Below, one piece after another: positions 36,670 through 41,805 of a stretch of 41,805 bases of DNA. Under the pieces are notes generated by a model, which was given only the letters and a program-made list of their open reading frames with translations, ran no database searches and was not told where the DNA came from. The DNA comes from Candidatus Sumerlaeaceae bacterium (lineage in GTDB: Bacteria; Sumerlaeota; Sumerlaeia; Sumerlaeales; Sumerlaeaceae). The stretch is from the NCBI GenBank assembly GCA_049968255.1, contig JBMFRB010000013.1, forward strand, positions 1-41,805, read 5' to 3'. Numbering within the stretch: the first letter of the stretch is position 1; every line of letters starts with the position of its first letter. The translations under genes were made by a program, and so were the position numbers.

Positions 36670-36932
36670 AACACATTGCCTCCTTTCTTCATGAGGTGAG
36701 AGTTGGGTTTATTACTCGATCTCTCACAGCCATAAGCAAAACTGGATTTTCAACAAAAAAACACTTTCACCCAAGCACACGGTTCTCCATTCTCCGCCGG
36801 CAGCAACGCACAAGCCCACACATTTACGAACATTGATAGAGATTGGAAAAATTATTAAAAAGATTTCTTCGATTGCCTCATAGACTTGGGAAGCCCACTG
36901 CCCTGGCGTGCGCCGTCCGCTGCTTTGCGCGC

Positions 36933-38207
36933 TCAGTTCTTATGGAGATTACTCATTGTGTGTGTCGTCATCATTGTCTGGGGGATGCCGTCTATTTCAA
37001 AGGTTTGGGGCTCTTCAACATTCGTGGCGCGAAATCTTTCTTCGAGCAATTGCTTGGCGAGAGTTTCTGCAATAAGGCGGTGCCCCAATGGGCTAGGATG
37101 AATGTCGCGCGGACTGAGCACGAAGCTTTCCAGCCCAATTCTCTTTTTCTTGGCGTAGCCCACGATCTCTGGCAGTGGGTCGACCAGCACAAAACCGGCT
37201 TGCAGTGCAGCCACGCGCCAAGGACGCATCAGCTCTTGGGCGGACGGGTCACCGTGCAGCGCTACCTCAAGCGCGCGAATGTCATAGTGCAGCAAGCAAT
37301 AAGCTTGTATGTGCCGTTTGTGGCAAGCTTGGCACATTCGGCGCAGCGCCTGCACCATGTTGTCCCAGCCCACGAGAAAGCGGTACTCCGGCGGCACGAG
37401 TTCGGGCCGATAACCAATCACGCGGTTTGCATGGCCCCGACCTCCGGCTTCTGCAATCCCGCCAATTAGCAAGCGAGCTGTGTCGCCCAGGGGGCGTCCC
37501 CCCAGTTTATCGCGGATTGCTTCGATGAGAAAGCATGTCGTCACGTCCCACACTCGCGGCTCCAATCGGACGAAGTTTGGAACCTCATCGTCGTTGGTCA
37601 CGAGATTCACCACCACAACGTCAGGCTCATAGGCGAAGACGTTATCTTGGAGCAGGGCCTCTTCCATAACGCTGTTATAGCCGGGCACTGCGAAGTTCAG
37701 GCATTCCGCGCGTGGCAGGGGCGCCGATGTTTCGGAATTTAAAATTGCCTCGAGCACATTGCTGAAACGCTCCTCCTCCTTTACTCCCCATCCGAAAGCC
37801 ACCGAATCGCCGAGGATAGCCACCCGAAAAGTGCCCATAGTTTTTTTCCGCGTATGTTCGCGGTCGCGGAACCCAGCCGAATTGATGCGAAGGGGTTGGC
37901 CGGCAAAAGTCCCCCAGGCGCCAGGAATAAGCTCGTAGCATTTTTGACGATCTGCTGAGGTGCGTACGATGTCGCGTAGGGTCAGTTCGCCCCCGTATTC
38001 CTTTGCTACGGATTCACGAAAACGATCAATGTAGTCTCCGTAGCGAAACAGAAAAATGCGGACAGCCAATTCCACGAGGCCAAGGCCGATAGCCAAACCC
38101 ACTACCACTGCCCCAGCACGAAAGAGCATAAAGCGCCACCCCCGACTTCGAGGCGGCGCTTGGCAACAACTTCTCGTGTCGCGCTCGGCTTGTCCTTCCG
38201 GTTTCAC
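36933..38207 (-). CDS. Membrane-anchored SGNH/GDSL hydrolase (start may be ATG 38129)
   Basis: TM, INSAGFRD, block I LGDSVAFG, block II NFAVPGYN, block III TND, block V DIHPS. Confidence 0.88.
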   Translation of the reverse strand: MKPEGQAERDTRSCCQAPPRSRGWRFMLFRAGAVVVGLAIGLGLVELAVRIFLFRYGDYIDRFRESVAKEYGGELTLRDIVRTSADRQKCYELIPGAWGTFAGQPLRINSAGFRDREHTRKKTMGTFRVAILGDSVAFGWGVKEEERFSNVLEAILNSETSAPLPRAECLNFAVPGYNSVMEEALLQDNVFAYEPDVVVVNLVTNDDEVPNFVRLEPRVWDVTTCFLIEAIRDKLGGRPLGDTARLLIGGIAEAGGRGHANRVIGYRPELVPPEYRFLVGWDNMVQALRRMCQACHKRHIQAYCLLHYDIRALEVALHGDPSAQELMRPWRVAALQAGFVLVDPLPEIVGYAKKKRIGLESFVLSPRDIHPSPLGHRLIAETLAKQLLEERFRATNVEEPQTFEIDGIPQTMMTTHTMSNLHKN

Positions 38208-38236
38208 AAATCAGCCTGAGCCACTTCCTGGCAGAG

Positions 38237-39187
38237 TTATTCCAACGCACGTCCTGCCGCGTCTGGAATTTTGTTTCCCAGGAGCAAGAGGAAATCCAAG
38301 AACCACCAAAAGCCGCAAACACCGAGTGTCAGGAGCTTGAGAATTCCCATGCGCCGGTAGCCGAGATAAAAGCGGTCCAGCCCCAGCCATCCGAACAACA
38401 GCGAGAGCAACAACGCCTTCTTGCGCTGGCGCGGCGGCCCGAGATCCGACGGATCGCGCCATTCCAAATCATCGAAAACCAGTCCACGGACCTCGAACAT
38501 AAGAATTGTCCAAACGCCCCAGCTAAGAAAGAAATAAAGGAAGACGGTAAACATCTGGGCGCTTTTGGTTGTACTGTCCGCCAACTGGTTTTGAAGCCAC
38601 CGTTGGAATGGCTCGTAGGTTGTCAGCAACACGACGATGGCCACCAGCAGAGATGCCGACATGATTGGCAGAAAGAACCATCTGAAGAAACGTACTGCCG
38701 GGTCGAACTGTTCGGCCCGTTCGATGACTTTTTCTGGGACCTCCTCCTCGGGATAGCCCTCAAGTGCGGCTTGAATCTCTGCGCTGGGTGCAACGACGGG
38801 CTTGATCCTCAGCCCAACGAGCTCTTTGAGATTATCGATCAGCACAAGATCCGAGGGATCTTCCATGGCCACGACAAGCCCGTCTCGGTCCAATTTCACC
38901 GGCACAAGATGATGCCGTCGAGCAAGGTGGGCGGGAATGTATGTATAGAGAATGGGATCAATCTGCACGGACTGCAGCGAGATCAGCGGAATTCCAAACT
39001 GCCGTTTGAAAAAATTCAGCCGTCGGGTCTCGTCAATGAAGCCGCTCTCGACGAGGATGCGCATCAGCGGCATGTCAGTATCCTTTTGCCGAGCCAGTGC
39101 CATATCAAGCTGCGCGTTTGTAATTAGCCCCTCGCGTAGCAAAATCTCACCAATATTTGTCCCAGCCGATGATGAACGATGTGGCAC
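38237..39187 (-). CDS. GspE/PilB N-terminal (MshEN/T2SSE_N) domain fused to TM helices and a TM2 domain; no ATPase
   Basis: IGEILLREGLITNAQLDMALARQ..ARRHHLVPV..LVVAMEDPSD. C-terminal LFGWLGLDRFYLG..GILKLLTLG.CG.WW..D..DAAGR.L. Confidence 0.85.
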   Translation of the reverse strand: MPHRSSSAGTNIGEILLREGLITNAQLDMALARQKDTDMPLMRILVESGFIDETRRLNFFKRQFGIPLISLQSVQIDPILYTYIPAHLARRHHLVPVKLDRDGLVVAMEDPSDLVLIDNLKELVGLRIKPVVAPSAEIQAALEGYPEEEVPEKVIERAEQFDPAVRFFRWFFLPIMSASLLVAIVVLLTTYEPFQRWLQNQLADSTTKSAQMFTVFLYFFLSWGVWTILMFEVRGLVFDDLEWRDPSDLGPPRQRKKALLLSLLFGWLGLDRFYLGYRRMGILKLLTLGVCGFWWFLDFLLLLGNKIPDAAGRALE

Positions 39188-39337
39188 CTAATCACACCCC
39201 TTTCCGCCGCTGAATGCGGCTTGAATCGTGTTCACTTGGATCCTCAAGTTATCGCACACACCAACGCGCGCAAAAGCGAAGAGTTGTCAAGCGCAACTCG
39301 CAATTGCACACCTAGAGGGGATGTTATAGAAATAACA

Positions 39338-39432
<95 letters not shown>

Positions 39433-39538
39433 GTCGGGTCGCTTCCATCTTATCCGTCTTGCATTTTCGTTATTCAGACCCAAGCCTGCCCCTCATGTTT
39501 CAGGGCAGAAAGTTTTTCGGTTCCAAGGAGGTCGGGCT

Positions 39539-40123
39539 ATGCGCAATCCGTTTCTCGTCGGTGAAAAAGTTTATCTGCGTCCCGTGGAGCCATCGGACGC
39601 ACCAATCCTCGCGGCGTGCAACAATGATCCCGCCGTGCGCTTTTCTTTCTTCACCCACACGCCAACCAATATCTTCCAGCAAACGCGCCATGCAGAGTCG
39701 CTCTATCAGCCTGGTGCCGATTACATTCCCCTCGTGATTTGTCCTATAGAAGACACCACCGGCCGAGATATCGGCATCACAGCTTTTCACCGCGTAGACC
39801 TGGTCAGCCATGCCGCTGTCTACTCGATTCGCATCTGCGACAAAGCGCAATGGGGCAAAGGCTACGGGAGCGAAGTGACCCAGCTTATGCTCCACTATGC
39901 ATTCGACATTCTGAACCTTCATCGAGTGCAGCTCCACGTCTGGACGAAAAATGAACGTGGCATTCGTGCCTATGAGAAAGCGGGTTTTGTTCGCGAAGGC
40001 TTATTGCGCGAAGCCATGATGCACAACGGCGAGTATTGCGATTTTTACGTGATGGGAATTCTTGAACATGAGTGGCGTGCCCGCCAGGCAGAAATGCGGA
40101 AAACCAGCGCCAACCAAGGCTAA
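39539..40123 (+). CDS. RimJ/RimL-type GNAT N-acetyltransferase
   Basis: GEKVYLRPVE, WGKGYGSE, YAFDILNLHRVQL, N.R.IRAYEKAGFVREG. AAGGAGG RBS before ATG 39539; the longer ORF would span the tRNA. Confidence 0.92.
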   Translation: MRNPFLVGEKVYLRPVEPSDAPILAACNNDPAVRFSFFTHTPTNIFQQTRHAESLYQPGADYIPLVICPIEDTTGRDIGITAFHRVDLVSHAAVYSIRICDKAQWGKGYGSEVTQLMLHYAFDILNLHRVQLHVWTKNERGIRAYEKAGFVREGLLREAMMHNGEYCDFYVMGILEHEWRARQAEMRKTSANQG

Positions 40124-40212
40124 GGGATCACGCTTGAGCATTTCCGTTTGCGCCAATAAGCCAGCCTTGCTTTTGCTGACTTTTCCACATCCGACTTGCT
40201 GGAGTTATGTGC

Positions 40213-41100
40213 ATGTTACGCAGCATGACAGGTTATGGCGTGGGCAACGTCCGGGGGGCATTTGGGGAGTTCGTCGCCGAAATTCGCTCCGTAAATAATC
40301 GGCATCTTGACCTTTCTGTACGCCTTCCCAAGGAACTGGCGTTCCTGGAGATATTGGTTCGCGATGTGGTCCGAAGCCAGGTAGGCCGCGGCAAAGTCGA
40401 TGTCTTCGTGCGCTGGACTCCCTCACCCACCATGCCGCCACTTGCTGAACTCAATGTGAGCCTTCTTCGCCATTACATTGAGAAGTTACTGCCGCTAGCA
40501 GATGTAACGGGCACCTGCACTCTCGATCTTGGCGCTCTGCTAAGTCTTCCTGGCGTCGTCAACCCCTCAGCTGTTGCCCTTGACACCCCTATCCTTGAGG
40601 CGGGACTTCGAGAAGCCCTGCATATTGCACTGGAGAGTCTCAATATGGCGCGTGCCAGTGAGGGGCAGGCGTTAGGCGACGCTATCCGCCAACATTTGGT
40701 TGCCTTCGAACATTGCGTGGCCGCAGTGGAACAGCTCAAGCCCGAGCTCGATAAGAGGATGCTCGAGCGTCTAGCCGAGCGGATACGCAAGTTAGCTGAA
40801 GCAGCTGGTCAGCAGCCAGACCCTGGACGAATCGAAATGGAACTGAGTTTGGCGGCGGACAAAGCCGACGTCACCGAGGAGCTTGTCCGCCTTCGCGCCC
40901 ACATAGCAGCGTTTTCCCGGCATCTTGATGCGCCAGGAACCACGCCCGTTGGCAAAACACTTGATTTTCTCGTTCAAGAGCTTAATCGGGAGCTCACGAC
41001 ATTGGGAAACAAAGCTCGCGAAGCCGATGTTTCGCCACACGTTTTGCAGGCGAAAAGCGAGCTCGAGAAAATCCGCGAACAGGTGCAAAATATCGAATGA
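40213..41100 (+). CDS. yicC: YicC/YloC family endoribonuclease
   Basis: MLRSMTGYG, EIRSVNNRHLD, RGKVD, DVTEELVRL..H, GKTLDFLVQELNRE, LEKIREQVQNIE. Confidence 0.95.
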   Translation: MLRSMTGYGVGNVRGAFGEFVAEIRSVNNRHLDLSVRLPKELAFLEILVRDVVRSQVGRGKVDVFVRWTPSPTMPPLAELNVSLLRHYIEKLLPLADVTGTCTLDLGALLSLPGVVNPSAVALDTPILEAGLREALHIALESLNMARASEGQALGDAIRQHLVAFEHCVAAVEQLKPELDKRMLERLAERIRKLAEAAGQQPDPGRIEMELSLAADKADVTEELVRLRAHIAAFSRHLDAPGTTPVGKTLDFLVQELNRELTTLGNKAREADVSPHVLQAKSELEKIREQVQNIE

Positions 41101-41402
41101 TTGATCCATACGTCGCAGCGAATGTGCCATTGGTACGTCAACTGGCCACGCTTTTGGACTGGGCGCTGGTGGGACATGTTTTTCTTTCTGGAGCGCTGTT
41201 TCTTTTGGTGTGGCGGGCGCTGCGGTTGACGGCGCGGATTCGGGAGCTTGAGCAGACAGTGGAAAAGTTACGGCAAGGCGCGGGCGCTAGCTCGAGGGAT
41301 GATGTCCAGCCTGCCGTCATGCCACCTCCACTATTGCCTCTGGCCGATGACAAACCGATTCCTACCACCCCATGTTGCCGCAAAAAGGGCACGTCTTCTT
41401 AG
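41097..41402 (+). CDS. Small single-TM hypothetical protein with a coiled coil and Pro-rich tail
   Basis: ATGA overlap with the yicC stop, hydrophobic segment, then RIRELEQTVEKLR. Confidence 0.55.
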   Translation: MIDPYVAANVPLVRQLATLLDWALVGHVFLSGALFLLVWRALRLTARIRELEQTVEKLRQGAGASSRDDVQPAVMPPPLLPLADDKPIPTTPCCRKKGTSS

Positions 41403-41445
41403 AGCGACAGCGGCGTAAGCGCACCAATCAGAGGAGGGCCTGGTC

Positions 41446-41805
41446 ATTAAGAAAAGAGTTCAAATGCCCTACGGTCACGAGATGCTTGAGGCGGAGCTCC
41501 CGGGCGAAGTTGTGGAGCTTCGCTCAGCTTATCCGGAGCCCTCAGACGACGAAGCTACGCTGGTGGCTCAGGCTCTCGACGAGCCGCTGGGCACTCCACC
41601 GGTGGAAGAACTCGCGCGTGGCAAGCGCTCCGCTGTGATTCTCATCGCATGCCGAACGCGTCGCACGGGTAGCCACATCTATGTACCGATGATTGTCGAA
41701 AGACTTTTGCGAGCAGGCATGCCGCGCCATGCGATCAGCGTCGTCACAGCCACGGGGTCACACGACAACTTCCGCCCCGAAGATGCGGCGCTTCTGCTGG
41801 GCCCC
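41446..41805 (+). CDS. LarA-like (nickel-pincer racemase/epimerase family) protein, truncated by the window edge; start at ATT 41446 or ATG 41464
   Basis: Hand translation: (IKKRVQ)MPYGHEMLEAELP...QALDEPLGTPPVEELARGKRSAVILIACRTRRTGS...ISVVTATGSHD. The PYG, P.G.P.L, TR and ATG.H motifs match the LarA N-terminal domain. Confidence 0.8.
   Translation, partial: MKKRVQMPYGHEMLEAELPGEVVELRSAYPEPSDDEATLVAQALDEPLGTPPVEELARGKRSAVILIACRTRRTGSHIYVPMIVERLLRAGMPRHAISVVTATGSHDNFRPEDAALLLGP

Noticed and set aside
36802-36817. Sigma-54 site upstream of the pilin (GGGCTTGTGCGTTGCT, minus strand)
   Set aside because: Spacing is right but the -24 element is a poor match; too weak to call.

Overview
A moderately GC-rich bacterial chromosomal window, almost fully coding, with no recognisable mobile element or CRISPR array. 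In order it holds: (i) degP-like protease followed by a translationally coupled moxR-DUF58-(TPR/parvulin)-membrane protein-batA-batB-batC-like operon; (ii) a secreted clan GH-A-like hydrolase, lgt, nfeD/SPFH, VKOR-thioredoxin, a methyltransferase, dprA, an RDD protein and tRNA-Pro; (iii) a secreted 1011-aa GH57-like protein; (iv) rpmG-tRNA-Trp-secE-nusG-rplK, with no tuf before it and no rplA after it; (v) a large secreted beta-propeller protein, a MEMO1-family protein, a transglutaminase-like protein and a LysM-containing parvulin foldase; (vi) a stand-alone tsf, an ECF sigma/ZAS anti-sigma pair, an orphan prepilin, an SGNH hydrolase, a GspE-N/MshEN-TM2 fusion, tRNA-Ser, a GNAT, yicC and the start of a LarA-like gene. 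The most interesting signal is a shared extreme C-terminal motif, A-[SA]-R-V-x-x-[WF]-x-x-Y, on two unrelated secreted glycoside-hydrolase-like proteins, a candidate protein-sorting or secretion signal. Also notable are sigma-54-type promoters ahead of envelope quality-control genes, a LysM inserted inside a parvulin domain, and broken ribosomal/translation operons. The pilin signature suggests Sumerlaeota (BRC1) or a relative; this is inference from recall only. All family calls come from motif recognition by eye, with no database search.
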